This document shows, piece by piece, positions 41,701 through 54,900 of a DNA stretch of 64,000 bases (positions within the stretch are counted from its first letter, which is position 1; each line of letters begins with the position of its first letter). The DNA lies in contig JAPDFW010000067.1 in assembly GCA_028826165.1 (NCBI GenBank), forward strand, positions 310,001-374,000. The letters are read 5' to 3'. A model generated the notes under the pieces. The model did no database searches. It was not told where the DNA came from and saw only the letters and a program-made list of their open reading frames with translations. This stretch comes from Anaeramoeba ignava BMAN. Its lineage: Eukaryota > Protista > Anaeramoebae. The position numbers and the translations under genes were made by a program.

Positions 41701-42760
41701 ATCACATCCTTCAAGTTTTCTCTTATAAAAAATGAGTTGAGAACTGTGATATAACGAGTCGAATAGGCTTTTCCCGCTTTTTAAGAATTGGGAATTGTGA
41801 GAAAATCCGTTTTGTGGAGATGGGAATGCAAGCTCAATATCACATCCCAATTCAATAGCCTCAGAAAAAACGGATAAAAATTGTTGGCTTAGATCAATTA
41901 GTTTGGATGAAGGAAACATATTGTTATTGAATTGTGATTTCCATAAAGAGATATGCTGATCTGAATTTGATAATTTGAAAATATTCTGTTTGTTTTTTGT
42001 GAAAAATTGCTCAAGAGAAATTGAGTATTTCAATAAAAATTTGCGGAATTTACTAGCACTTGCAATAATTTTACACAGGAATTGATAATTAGAAACAGAT
42101 TTTTCATTTTTTAATTGGTTCATAAATTTAGTAAAGAGTGAATTTGATTTTTCAAAATATTGAATGAATAATTTCTGAGAATCAGAATTTGTTTGTGATT
42201 GTTGAAATAAATTAGAAATGGTTCGAAAGTAAATGGATAATTTTGACGCATCAATTGTGAATAAGTTGGATTGATTTTTTTCATAAAGTTTAATATTGAT
42301 ATTTTTGCAGTGAGTTAATTGTAGATTAAGAATTTGTGATAAAATGTGAAAATTTTGAGTTTGTTCCAATAAATCAGAATAAAAATCTAACCAAGAAAGA
42401 AATTTGAGACTGAAAATTTGTTTTGAATGAAAATTAGGTAGTAAAGAAGTTTGAATAAAATTTAAAGTTTTGGAAGTGGTTTGAATTAATGATTTTTGGA
42501 AATGCTTTTGTTTTTCTGTTAAATTTGTTTTTGAAATGAGTTGTTGATGAAATTGCTTGCTTATTAAATGAATTTCTGAAATGAATTTTTCGAATTTGAT
42601 ATTTTTTTGTTTTATTGATTGAATTGATTGAGAAATTTGATTTTCAAATGATTGAATTGGATCTTTTAATTTGGAAAAATCAACTATTAATTTTTAATTT
42701 AAAATAAAATGAAATTTAATTTAAAAATTAAATTGAAAGAAATTATTTGATTTTACTCAT
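35789..42760 (-). CDS. ESP1: Separase (peptidase C50), ~2270 aa; exons 42760-42757, 42683-40878, 40803-35789
   Basis: PWESIPIL, SRMPS, YVLNPGGDL, YCGHGGGEQY (catalytic His), LLMGCSSG (catalytic Cys), VANLWDVTDKDIDRF, PVCYGIP. Confidence 0.95.
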
Positions 42761-42867
42761 TTTTTTCTAAATAAAATTAAAAGAAAAAAAAATGGAATTT
42801 GAAAAAACAAAAAACAAAAAAAACAAATTTTTTAAATAACGGTCAGAAAATAAAACAAAACAAAACA

Positions 42868-44400
42868 ATTTTATATTTATATTTTTAATAATAATTAATT
42901 TATTATATTTAATTAAATTTATTTATTTTAATATAAATAAAAAAAATTAAAAATTAATTATTTAATAAACTTATTTTCATTTTTAAAATAATTAAATTAA
43001 ATAATTTTTATTCCACTTTTTATTTATTAATTTTATATTTATATTTTTAATAATAATTAATTTATTATTTTTAATTAAATTTATTTATTTTAATATAAAT
43101 AAAATAAATTTAAAAATAAATTATTTAATCAAATTATTTTTATTTTTAAAATAATTAAATTAAATAATTTTTATTCCACTTTTTATTTATTAATTTTATA
43201 TTTATATTTTTAATAATAATTAATTTATTATTTATAATTAAATTTATTTATTTTAATATAAATAAAATAAATTTAAAAATAAATTATTTAATCAAATTAT
43301 TTTCATTTTTAAAATAATTAAATAAAATAATTTTTATTCCACTTTTTATTTATTAATTTTATATTTATATTTTTAATAATAATTAATTTAATATATTTAA
43401 TTAAATTAATTTATTTTTAATATAAATAAAATAAATTTAAAAATTAATTATTTAATTAACTTATTTTTATTTTTAAAATAATTAAATAAAATAATTTTTA
43501 TTCCACTTTTTATTTATTAATTTTATATTTATATTTTTAATAATAATTAATTTATTATATATAATTAAATTTATTTATTTTTAATATAAATAAAATAAAT
43601 TTAAAATAAATTATTTAATAAAATTATTTTCATTTTTAAAATAATTAAATTAAATAATTTTTATTCCACTTTTTATTTATTAATTTTATATTTATATTTT
43701 TTAATAATAATTAATTTATTATATTTAATTAAATTTATTTATTTTAATATAAATAAAATATATTAAAAATAAATTATTTAATAAAAATTATTTTCATTTT
43801 TAAAAATTAAATTAAATAATTTTTATTCCACTTTTTATTTATTAATTTTATATTTATATTTTTAATAACAATTGATTTATTATATTTTAATTAAATTTAT
43901 TTATTTTAATATAAATAAAAATTTAAAATAAATTATTTAATCAAATTATTTTCATTTTTAAAATAATTAAATTAAATAATTTTTATTCCACTTTTATTTA
44001 TTAATTTTTATATTTATATTTTTTAATAATAATTAATTTATTATATATAATTAAATTTATTTATTTTAATATAAATAAAATATATTAAAAATAAATTATT
44101 TAATAAACTTATTTTCATTTTTAAAATAATTAAATAAAATAATTTTTATTCCACTTTTTATTTATTAATTTTATATTTATATTTTTAATAATATTTAATT
44201 TATTATTTATAATTAAATTTATTTATTTTAATATAAATAAAATATATTAAAAATAAATTATTTAATTAAATTATTTTCATTTTTAAAGTAATTAAATAAA
44301 ATAATTTTTATTCCACTTTTTATTTATTAATTTTATATTTATATTTTTAATAATAATTAATTTATTATTTTTAATTAAATTAATTTATTTTAATATAAAT
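42868..44400. repeat. Satellite A, ~163-bp unit, ~9 copies
   Basis: Marker TTCCACT recurs at about 43011, 43174, 43337, 43501, 43664, 43826, 43986, 44149 and 44311. Confidence 0.93.
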
Positions 44401-44453
44401 AAAAAAAAATATAAAAAAAAAAAGAAAAAAAAAAAAGATTAAATTATCTAAAA

Positions 44454-44524
44454 CTCGGCCACCGAGATTTGAACTCGGGCCACCTGAGTGACAGTCAGGC
44501 ATTCTACCCCTATACTATGGCCGA
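44454..44524 (-). tRNA. tRNA-Asp(GTC)
   Basis: TCGGCCA/TGGCCGA acceptor stem, CCTGA-CTGTCAC-TCAGG anticodon arm, CCGAG-TTCAAAT-CTCGG T arm, G discriminator, followed by TTTT. Confidence 0.95.
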
Positions 44525-44619
44525 TTATATTTAAATATTTTAAATATTTTATTTTTTCTTATTTTTTTTTTTAAATTTTGTTATTATTTATTTACTTTTT
44601 TTATTTTTTATTTTTTTTA

Positions 44620-45310
44620 TTAAATTTATATCAAAATAATTAATTATATTTAATTAATATTTAATTAGTAAATATCTTTAGAAAATGAAATAGAAAAAGA
44701 CTGTAAATTTAATCTAAATTATTTTAATTAATAAATTAAATAATAAATTAAATAAAATATTTTATTAAATTTATATCAAAATAATTAATTATATTTAATT
44801 AATATTTAATTAGTAAATATCCTTAGAAAATGAAATAGACAAAGATTGTAAATTAAATTTAAATTATTCTAATTAAAAATTAAATAAAAAAATAAATAAA
44901 ATATTTTAATAAATTTATATTAAAATAATTAATTATATTTAATTAATATTTAATTAGTAAATATTCTTAGAAAATGAAATAGAAAAGATTATAAATTAAA
45001 TCTAAATTATTCTAATTAAAAAATTAAATAATAAATTAAATAAAATATTTTATTAAATTTATATCAAAATATTTAATTATATTTAATTAATATTTAATTA
45101 TAAAATATCCTTAGAAAATAAAATAGAAAAAGATTATAAATTTAATTTAAATTATTCTAATTAAAAAATTAAATAATAAATTAAATAAAATATTTTAATA
45201 AATTTATATCAAAATATTTAATTATATTTAATTAATATTTAATTAGTAAATATCTTTATGAAATAAAATAGAATAAGATTATAAATTTAATTTAAATTAT
45301 TCTAATTAAT
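44620..45310. repeat. Satellite B, ~145-bp unit, ~5 copies
   Basis: Marker TTAGAAAAT(G/A)AAATAG recurs at about 44677, 44823, 44967, 45111 and, degenerate, 45256. Confidence 0.9.
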
Positions 45311-45364
45311 TTTTTTTTTCATTTTTCATTTTTCATTTTTCATTTTTCATTTTTCATTTTTAAA

Positions 45365-46498
45365 ATGAATGATTTTGTTCCTGAAACAATAGTTATTGAT
45401 AATGGTACATCAGAAATAAGAGCAGGAATTGCAGGAGAAGACGAACCAATAAAAATTTTACCAACAATAATAGGAAAACCAAAGAATTTTGGAGTTGTAC
45501 TTGGAATGGGAAAAAAAGACTATTATATTGGAAAAGAAGCACAATTTAAAAAAGAAATATTGAATCTAGAAAATCCAATTCAAAAAGGAATAATAACAAA
45601 TTGGGAAAACATGGAAAAAATATGGAATTATCTTTTCGAAAATGAATTGAAAATCAATCCTTCAGAAACTCCCATTTTATTAGCAGAAACTATTTTAACT
45701 CCAAAAAAAGACAGAGAAAAAGTGACTGAAATTATGTTTGAAAAATTTCAAGTTTCACAATTTTATGTTGGATTTCAAGAAGTATTATCACTTTATGCAA
45801 ATGGAAGAACAACAGGAATAGTAATTGATTTAGGTGAAGAAATTTCTAGAGGAATTCCTATTATAGAAGGTTATAGTGTTCCCAATTCAATTTTTAGTGT
45901 TGATATTGGTGGTTCTGATTTAACTGAATATTTGATTCAAATGATAAATCAAAAAAATTATCCATTTACTCATTCGCTTGAAAAACAAGTTTTCCAAGAA
46001 ATCAAAGAAAAAATTTGTTATGTTGATATGGATTTTAATGACAAAATGGAAATTCCTTTTCAATCAAATTTGGAAAATGAAATTGATTTTGATTTGGGTG
46101 ATGGAAATGTTATCAAATTAGGAAATGAACGAATAAAATGTCCAGAAGCTTTCTTTAAACCTTTATTAATTGGAAAAGAGGAGCCTGCAATTCATGAAAC
46201 TGTTTTTAATTCAATTATGAAATTTGAGCCAAGCAAACAAAAGGATTTTCTTTGTCATATTCTTTTAACAGGCAGATCTTCATTTTTTCCAGGAATTCAA
46301 GAACGTTTTCAAGCTGAATTATATTCTTTGTTAAATCCAAAAACACCACTCAAAGTTGTTCTAAATCAAGATTTCAAATATACTGCTTGGGTTGGTGGTT
46401 CTATTTTGGCTTCACTTACTTGTAATTATCACATGTGGATTCGAAAAGAAGAATATAAAGAAAGTGGATGCCAAATAGTTCATAAAAAATGTTATTAA
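45365..46498 (+). CDS. Divergent actin / actin-related protein, intronless
   Basis: IVIDNGTSEIRAGIAGEDEP, NPIQKGIITNWENMEKIW, GRTTGIV, ERIKCPEAFF, WVGGSILASL, IVHKKCY. Confidence 0.93.
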   Translation: MNDFVPETIVIDNGTSEIRAGIAGEDEPIKILPTIIGKPKNFGVVLGMGKKDYYIGKEAQFKKEILNLENPIQKGIITNWENMEKIWNYLFENELKINPSETPILLAETILTPKKDREKVTEIMFEKFQVSQFYVGFQEVLSLYANGRTTGIVIDLGEEISRGIPIIEGYSVPNSIFSVDIGGSDLTEYLIQMINQKNYPFTHSLEKQVFQEIKEKICYVDMDFNDKMEIPFQSNLENEIDFDLGDGNVIKLGNERIKCPEAFFKPLLIGKEEPAIHETVFNSIMKFEPSKQKDFLCHILLTGRSSFFPGIQERFQAELYSLLNPKTPLKVVLNQDFKYTAWVGGSILASLTCNYHMWIRKEEYKESGCQIVHKKCY

Positions 46499-46534
46499 AT
46501 GCAAAACAATTTAAATATTTAAAAATAAATTGAT

Positions 46535-47765
46535 ATTCCACTTTTTATTTATTATTTTTATATTTATATTTTTAATAATAATTAATTTATTATTTATAAT
46601 TAAATTTATTTATTTTAATATAAATAAAATAAATTTAAAAATAAATTATTTAATTAAATTATTTTCATTTTTAAAATAATTAAATAAAATATTTTTATTC
46701 CACTTTTTATTTATTAATTTTATATTTATATTTTTAATAATAATTAATTTATTATTTATAATTAAATTTATTTATTTTAATATAAATAAAATAAATTTAA
46801 AAATAAATTATTTAATAAAATTATTTTCATTTTTAAAATAATTAAATTAGATAATTTTTATTCCACTTTTTATTTATTAATTTTATATTTATATTTTTAA
46901 TAATAATTAATTTATTATTTATAATTAAATTTATTTATTTTAATATAAATAAAATATATTTAAAAATAAATTATTTAATAAACTTATTTTCATTTTTAAA
47001 ATAATTAAATTAAATAATTTTTATTCCACTTTTTATTTATTAATTTTTATATTTATATTTTTAATAATAATTAATTTAATATATTTAATTAAATTTATTT
47101 ATTTTAATATAAATAAAAAATATAAAAATAAATTATTTAATAAACTTATTTTCATTTTTAAAATAATTAAATAAAATAATTTTTATTCCACTTTTTATTT
47201 ATTAATTTTATATTTATATTTTTAATAATAATTAATTTATTATTTATAATTAAATTTATTTATTTTAATATAAATAAATAATATTAAAAATAAATTATTT
47301 AATAAACTTATTTTCATTTTTAAAATAATTAAATTAAATAATTTTTATTCCACTTTTTATTTATTAATTTTATATTTATATTTTTAATAATAATTAATTT
47401 ATTATTTATAATTAAATTTATTTATTTTAATATAAATAAAATAAATATAAAATAAAATATTTAATAAAATTATTTTCATTTTTAAAGTAATTAAATTAAA
47501 TAATTTTTATTCCACTTTTTATTTATTAATTTTATATTTATATTTTTAATAATAATTAATTTATTATATTTAATTAAATTTATTTATTTTAATATAAATA
47601 AAATAAATTTAAAAATAAATTATTTAATAAAATTATTTTCATTTTTAAAATAATTAAATTAAATAATTTTTATTCCACTTTTTATTTATTAATTTTATAT
47701 TTATATTTTTAATAATAATTAATTTATTATATTTAATTAAATTTATTTATTTTAATATAAATAAA
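46535..47765. repeat. Satellite A, ~163-bp unit, ~8 copies
   Basis: Same unit as 42868-44400. Confidence 0.93.
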
Positions 47766-47815
47766 AAAAAATTAAAAAAAAAAAGAAAAAAAAAAAAAGA
47801 TTAAATTATTTAAAA

Positions 47816-47886
47816 CTCGGCCACCGAGATTTGAACTCGGGCCACCTGAGTGACAGTCAGGCATTCTACCCCTATACTATGGCCGA
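47816..47886 (-). tRNA. tRNA-Asp(GTC), identical to the copy at 44454-44524
   Basis: Same 71-nt sequence with near-identical flanks. Confidence 0.95.
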
Positions 47887-47979
47887 TTATATTTAAATAT
47901 TTTAAATATTTTATTTTTTCTTATTTTTTTTTTTAAATTTTGTTATTATTTATTTACTTTTTTTATTTTTTATTTTTTT

Positions 47980-49242
47980 TTATTAAATTTATATCAAAAT
48001 ATTTAATTATATTTAATTAATATTTAATTAGTAAATATCTTTAGAAAATGAAATAAAAAAAGATTATAAATTTAATCTAAATTATTTTAATTAATAAATT
48101 AAATAATAAATTAAATAAAATATTTTAATAAATTTATATCAAAATAATTAATAATATTTAATTAATATTTAATTAGTAAATATCTTTAGAAAATAAAATA
48201 GAAAAAGATTATAAATTTAATCTAAATTATTTTTAATTAATAAATTAAATAATAAATTAAATAAAATATTTTTATTAAATTTATATCAAAATAATTAATT
48301 ATATTTAATTAATATTTAATTAGAAAATATCTTTAGAAAATGAAATAGAAAAAGATTATAAATTTAATCTAAATTATTCTAATTAAAAATTAAATAATAA
48401 ATTAAATAAAATATTTTAATAAATTTATATCAAAATAATTAATTATATTTAATTAATATTTAATTAGTAAATATTCTTATAAAATAAAATAGAAAAAGAT
48501 TATAAATTTAATTTAAATTATTCTAATTAAAAATTAAATAATAAATTAAATAAAATATTTTAATAAATTTATATCAAAATATTTAATTATATTTAATTAA
48601 TATTTAATTAGAAAATATTCTTAGAAAATAAAATAGAAAAAGATTATAAATTTAATTTAAATTATTCTAATTAAAAATTAAATAATAAATTAAATAAAAT
48701 GTTTTATTAAATTTATATCAAAATATTTAATTATATTTAATTAATATTTAATTAGAAAATATCTTTAGAAAATAAAATAGAATAAGATTATAAATTTAAT
48801 TTAAATTATTCTAATTAATAAATTAAATAAAAAATTAAATAAAATATTTTATTAAATTTATATCAAAATATTTAATTATATTTAATTAATATTTAATTAG
48901 AAAATATCCTTAGAAAATGAAATAGAAAAAGATTATAAATTAAATCTAAATTATTCTAATTAATAAATTAAATAAAAAATTAAATAAAATATTTTATTAA
49001 ATTTATATTAAAATAATTAATTATATTTAATTAATATTTAATTAGAAAATATCTTTAGAAAATAAAATAGAAAAAGATTATAAATTTAATTTAAATTATT
49101 CTAATTAAAAAATTAAATAAAAAATTAAATAAAATGTTTTATTAAATTTATATCAAAATATTTAATTATATTTAATTAATATTTAATTAGAAAATATCTT
49201 TATAAAATGAAATAGAAAAAGATTATAAATTTAATCTAAATT
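47980..49242. repeat. Satellite B, ~145-bp unit, ~9 copies
   Basis: Marker recurs about every 145 bp from ~48041 to ~49200. Confidence 0.92.
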
Positions 49243-49659
49243 AAAAAAAATTTAATTGATGAAATTGATCTTAATTTAAATTTTAAATAAAAAAAATAAA
49301 TAATTTTTTGAGTTGGATTTGACAAAGAAAATTAAAAAGGAGATAAAAGGAGAATTTTATTTAAAAAAAATAATTAAAAAATAAAATTGATCAATAATGC
49401 CCAAATAAACAAAAGAAGAAATTAAATTAAAAGAAGAAATTTTTTTTTTCATTTTTTTATTTTTCATTTTTCTTCTTTTTTTTTTTTGCTTTTTTTTAAT
49501 TATAAAATCTTAATTTTTTTTAATTAAATATAATTTTGTTTTTGTTATTTTAAAATTAATTTTTTACAAAACAAAACAAAACAAATTAAATTATAAAAAA
49601 TTAATCAAAAAAAAAATATAAAAAAAAAAAACGAATTTTCTTATAAATTTCAAAAACGA

Positions 49660-51740
49660 ATGGAACAAGAAAAATCATTTACAAAAATTGAAACACATGA
49701 AAACTTTGCAAAAGTAAGAAATAAAAAATAAACAAAAAAATAAATAAAAAATAATAAAAATAAAAAATTTGAAGTATTCAAAAATAATTGGAAAAGGAGC
49801 TTTTAAAACAGTATTTTATGGAATTAATTTAGAACAAGGAAATGAAATTGCATGGAATGAAATAGATTTAGGAAGAATTAGCGAGCAAGATTACAAAAAA
49901 CTAAAAAAAGAAATAGAAATATTAAAAATAATAAAAAATTCACAAATAATTCGACTTCTTGGTTATTGGTTGGATTCAAACAATGAAAAATTAATTTTTA
50001 TAACGGAAATGATGCAATCAGGAAGTTTAAGAAATTATATTGATAAATTCAAACAAATAAGTGTTCGCGCAATTAAAAAGTTTAGTTATCAAATTTTACA
50101 AGGAATTGATTATCTTCATTCTCTTGATCCTCCAATTATTCATCGTGATATTAAATGTGATAATATTTTTTTTAATGGAAGTGATGGTTCAATTAAAATT
50201 GGTGATCTTGGAGAATCTACAATTCTAAATAATGGTTATGCCAAGAGTGTTATTGGTAAATTTCACAATAATTCAAACAAATCAAAAGATTTATTTATTA
50301 AATCCAAATTAAATTCAAATTAAATTCAAATTAAATTCAAATTAAATTCAAATTAAATTCAAATTCAAATTAAATTCAAATTAAAATTAAATTCAAATTA
50401 AATTCAAATTAAATTCAAATTAAATTAAATTCAAATTAAATTTAAATTCAAATTAAAAATTAAATTCAAATTAAATTCAAATTCAATTAAATTCAAAATC
50501 AAATTCAAATTAAATTCAAATTCAAATTAAAAATTAAATTCAAATTCAAATTAAATTCAAATTAAAAATTAAATTCAAATTAAATTCAAATTAAATTAAA
50601 TTCAAAAAAAAAATGGATCATCTTCTCTCTTTTAGGTACACCTCAATTTATGGCTCCAGAATTATATGATGAAAAATATACAGAAAAAGTCGATATTTAT
50701 GCATTTGGAATGTCTGTTTTAGAAATGGCAACAGGTGATTATCCTTATTGTGAATGTGAAAATCCTGCTCAAATTTTCAAAAAAGTTACTTCAGTAATTT
50801 TAATTATAAAATATTTGATAAATATAAATAATTTTTATATTAAATGTGCTTTTTTATTATTCATTTTATATTTTAATAGGGAATTCCTCCAAAATCATTA
50901 AATAAAATTGCAAATCAAGAAATTCAAGATTTTGTAAAACTTTGCTTACTTCCAGAAAATGAAAGACCTTCTGCAAATCAACTTTTAAATCATCCATTTT
51001 TTGCTTCATTAAATGTGTCTCAAAATCAATTTTCGACAACAAATGGAAATTTTGAAGATAATTCAACTGATGAACAAATTTCAAATCAAATCCTTGAAAC
51101 TATTAAAGAAAATGAAAAAAATCAAGAACTGATAAAAATTGAAGAATTTATAAAAATTGAACAAATTATCCAAAATGAAGTTGAACAAAAAAACGAAGAA
51201 GTTCCAAAAATTCAAAAAAATTTAAAACAATTCATTAAACCAAGACATGCAGTTTCATTACAAGAAAAAAAAGAAAGAATGAAAAAATTAAAAATTATGA
51301 TCCAAAAAGAATATCTAAAAGATGATTTTTCAAAAACATCAGAAAATTTGAAAGATTTGTTAAATCAAAAAGAAGAAAAAATTGTTGTTTCAAGAAAAAA
51401 TAGGAGATTTAGTATTTCTGCTATTAAAGACAAAGGAACAAATAGGAAAAATGATTCACCAAATTTTTTAACTCCAATGACTTCAGTTATTCTTGAATCT
51501 GAAGAGAACCAGAAAAATTCAAATTCATTTCAATCAAGTTTATTAGAATTTCCATTTTCTTCACAAAATGAAAATTGTGCTTTGGATATAGAAATTCAAA
51601 AAAAAAGACAAACCAAATTAACAAATGCTATTAAAAAATTTGATTTGAAATCTAATTTTAGCCCAAATCAAGAATTGGTTCCAATGTCATTAGTTGTTTC
51701 AAATAAATTAAAAGAAAGTCCTAATTCAACTTTCTTTTAA
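49660..51740 (+). CDS. WNK-family Ser/Thr kinase; exons 49660-49713, 49775-50255, 50636-50793, 50880-51740
   Basis: [10 protein letters not shown] with the Lys in the glycine loop and IAWNEI lacking the VAIK Lys. Also [44 protein letters not shown]. Confidence 0.92.
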
Positions 51741-51925
51741 AAAGAACTAAAAAATGACACTTTCCTTTTCTTAAAACAAAAAAAATTTCAGTTCATTTTG
51801 TTTATTGTTTTTGTTTTTGTTCTTGTTCTCTTTTTTTTTTAAAAAAGATTAATAATAATAATTCAAAAAGAAAAGAAAAAATTTGTTTTTATTCCAACAA
51901 CAAAATTTGTTTTATTTTTTATTTT

Positions 51926-54900
51926 TTAATTTTGGTTTTCATTTTCATTTTGATTTTGATTTTGATTTTGATTTTTTTGAAGAATCTTTTTTTTAAGATG
52001 TTTTTTCTTTTGTTGATTATTTTTATTATTTTGTTGATTATTTTTTGATTTTTCAAATTTTGGGATTCGATCAATAGTTGCTTTTTCAAGATGAATATAA
52101 TTAGTTGGATAATATATTAATTCTTTAGGTAATTTTACTTCTGCTTTCACTTTTTCCAATGATTTAAGAGCAAGAAGAAGATAAACTTCGAGAGATTTTG
52201 GAAAATAAGTAAAATCAACAAAATCTTTAAAAATTTCGATCCATTCATTTTTTTCAAGAACTGGTTCATATTTTTGACTAAAATTAGAGAATTTCATTAA
52301 ATCATAACCAGTTCTCTCTTCGATTGAACGGAAACGAAGTTCAATTTGAGTGAATAATTTCTGGTCTTGAGTTTGTTTTTCAGGTTCCAAAGCAAAACCT
52401 GTTCTTATTTTTGTTCTTTGCACTTTGAAAACTACAATGTAGCAAAAATAATCACGAACAACTTCAAAACTTGATAAAAAGAATTTGAAAAAGAATTTTT
52501 CACTCAAAATAAAATCTGATATCAATTGATTTCGGAAATTGTCAGGAAGAAAATCGATGATATTGTAAATAAAAGCAAGAGTTGTCATTAAATTTTGGTA
52601 GTTATCAGTTTCAAGGAGAGTGCGGATTGATTCCAAAAGAAGATTGAGATTAAGAAACTTCAAAGTTGATGAATTAATGAATTTGAGGTTTGAATTCTGG
52701 CATGATTTCAAATACACTCTTTTTATTATTGTTTCGCAGTTTGAAAGTGTGCAATCAACACAATGAGCGTTATATGCATTTGTTCTTTTGAGATAGACTT
52801 GGAAAATGATATTAATTATTTGTATGTTTGATAATTCGTCAATAAGTTTTATTGTTAATTCTTTTGTGATATCTTCTGGTTTAATTTTGCAAATTTCGAA
52901 AATTAGGGCTTTGATTATTTCAATGAATCCAGGAAATTTCCAATAACTAAGATTTTTTCCGTATATTGGCTCTACAAATCGGAAAATAGATCCAATAAAC
53001 ATAATAAGAAAGTTCATGTGCTCCATTCTAGAAAGTTTATATTATCAAAAAAAATATTTGTTTTTTATATTAATTGAATTTTTTTTTTTACAAATTTCAT
53101 GTTTTTTCAAAAATTTTTTTATCAACCTATCGATCCAAACTGGTCCTTCGTTTTCCCATCTTTCAAAAACGGCAATTTGACTGACAATTGATGTTGGATT
53201 AGCTTGAAAAGTTGTTGAAGCCCATTTATTATTGTTCTTTTTCTTGAAAAGATTTAATTTCCCAGCTTGCATTGTTCGAACTTGAAAAAGATCTGTTGAG
53301 TTTTTTGTTTTTTTCAAATCATTTGCAATGGATAAAGATTTCTCAAGTTTTTTTGGAAATACAAAAGGTTGAGCGAGACTTTTTTCAAGTTCTGTATTGA
53401 ATTGATAAAAATATCCTTGATTTGAAAATATTTCTTGTGAGTTGATTGGAATTTGTTTGTTTTCTTGAAAGTTCAATGATTGAAGTGATTTTTCAAATGA
53501 ACTAAATATTTGAAAAATTCGACGAAAGTGAAGATTATGTTTCACTTTTTTTCTTTGATACTAAAATTGAAATTAAAATTAAATCAAATTTAAATCAAAT
53601 TAAAATCAAATTTAAATCAAATTTAAATCAAATTTAAATCAAATTTAAATCAAATATAAATCAAATTTAAATTAAATTTAAATCAAATATAAATTAAATT
53701 AAAATCAAATTAAAATCAAATTAAAATCAAATATAAATCAAATTTAAATTTAAATATAAATCAAATTTAAGTCAAATATAAATCAAATTAAAATCAAATT
53801 TAAATCAAATTTAAATCAAATATAAATCAAATTTAAATCAAATTTAAATCAATAAATTTAAATCAAATTTAAATCAAATTTAAATCAAATTTAAATCAAA
53901 TTTAAATCAAATATAAATCAAATTTAAATTAAATTTAAATCAAATATAAATTAAATTAAAATCAAATTTAAATCAAATTTAAATCAAATTTAAATCAAAT
54001 TAAAATCAAATTTAATCAAATATAAATCAAATTTAAATCAAATTTAAATCAAATATAAATCAAATATAAATCAAATATAAATCAAATTTAAATCAAATTT
54101 AAATCAAATTTAAATCAAATTTAATCAAATTTAAATCAAATTAAAATCAAATATAAATCAAATATAAATCAAATACAAATCAAATACAAATCAAATTTAA
54201 ATCAAATTAAAATCAAATTTAAATCAAATTTAAATCAAATTTAAATCAAATTTAAATCAAATTTAAATCAAATATAAATCAAATATAAATCAAATATAAA
54301 TCAAATATAAATCAAATATAAATCAAATTTAAATCAAATTTAAATCAAATTTAAATCAAATTTAAATCAAATTTAAATCAAATTTAAATCAAATTTAAAT
54401 TAAATTTAAATCAAATTTAAATCAAATTTAAATCAAATTTAAATCAAATTTAAATCAAATTTAAATCAAATTTAAATCAAATTTAAATCAAATTTAAATC
54501 AAATATAAATCAAATATAAATCAAATTTAAATCAAATATAAATCAAATTTAAATCAAATTTAAATCAAATTTAAATCAAATTAAAATCAAATTAAAATCA
54601 AATTAAAATCAAATTTAATCAAATATAAATTAAATTTAAATCAAATATAAATCAAATTTAAATCAAATATAAATTAAATTTAAATCAAATATAAATTAAA
54701 TTTAAATCAAATATATAAATTAAATTTAAATCAAATTTAAATCAAATATAAATCAATTTAAATCAAATATAAATCAAATTTTAAATCAAATATAATTTAA
54801 ATCAAATTTAAATTAAATTTAAATTAAATATAAATCAAATTAAAATCAAATTAAAATCAAATTTAAATCAAATTTAAATCAAATATAAATCAAATATAAA

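Noticed and set aside
13237-42760. Inteins in the large ORFs
   Set aside because: I saw no Hint-like N-terminal C/S block, no HN-(C/S/T) junction and no homing endonuclease motifs by eye. An HMM search would be needed to exclude them fully.
42868-49242. CRISPR-like array or tRNA-derived SINE
   Set aside because: The units are contiguous with no unique spacers and no cas genes. The tRNAs are full length with a terminator, and I see no TSD or poly-A tail.
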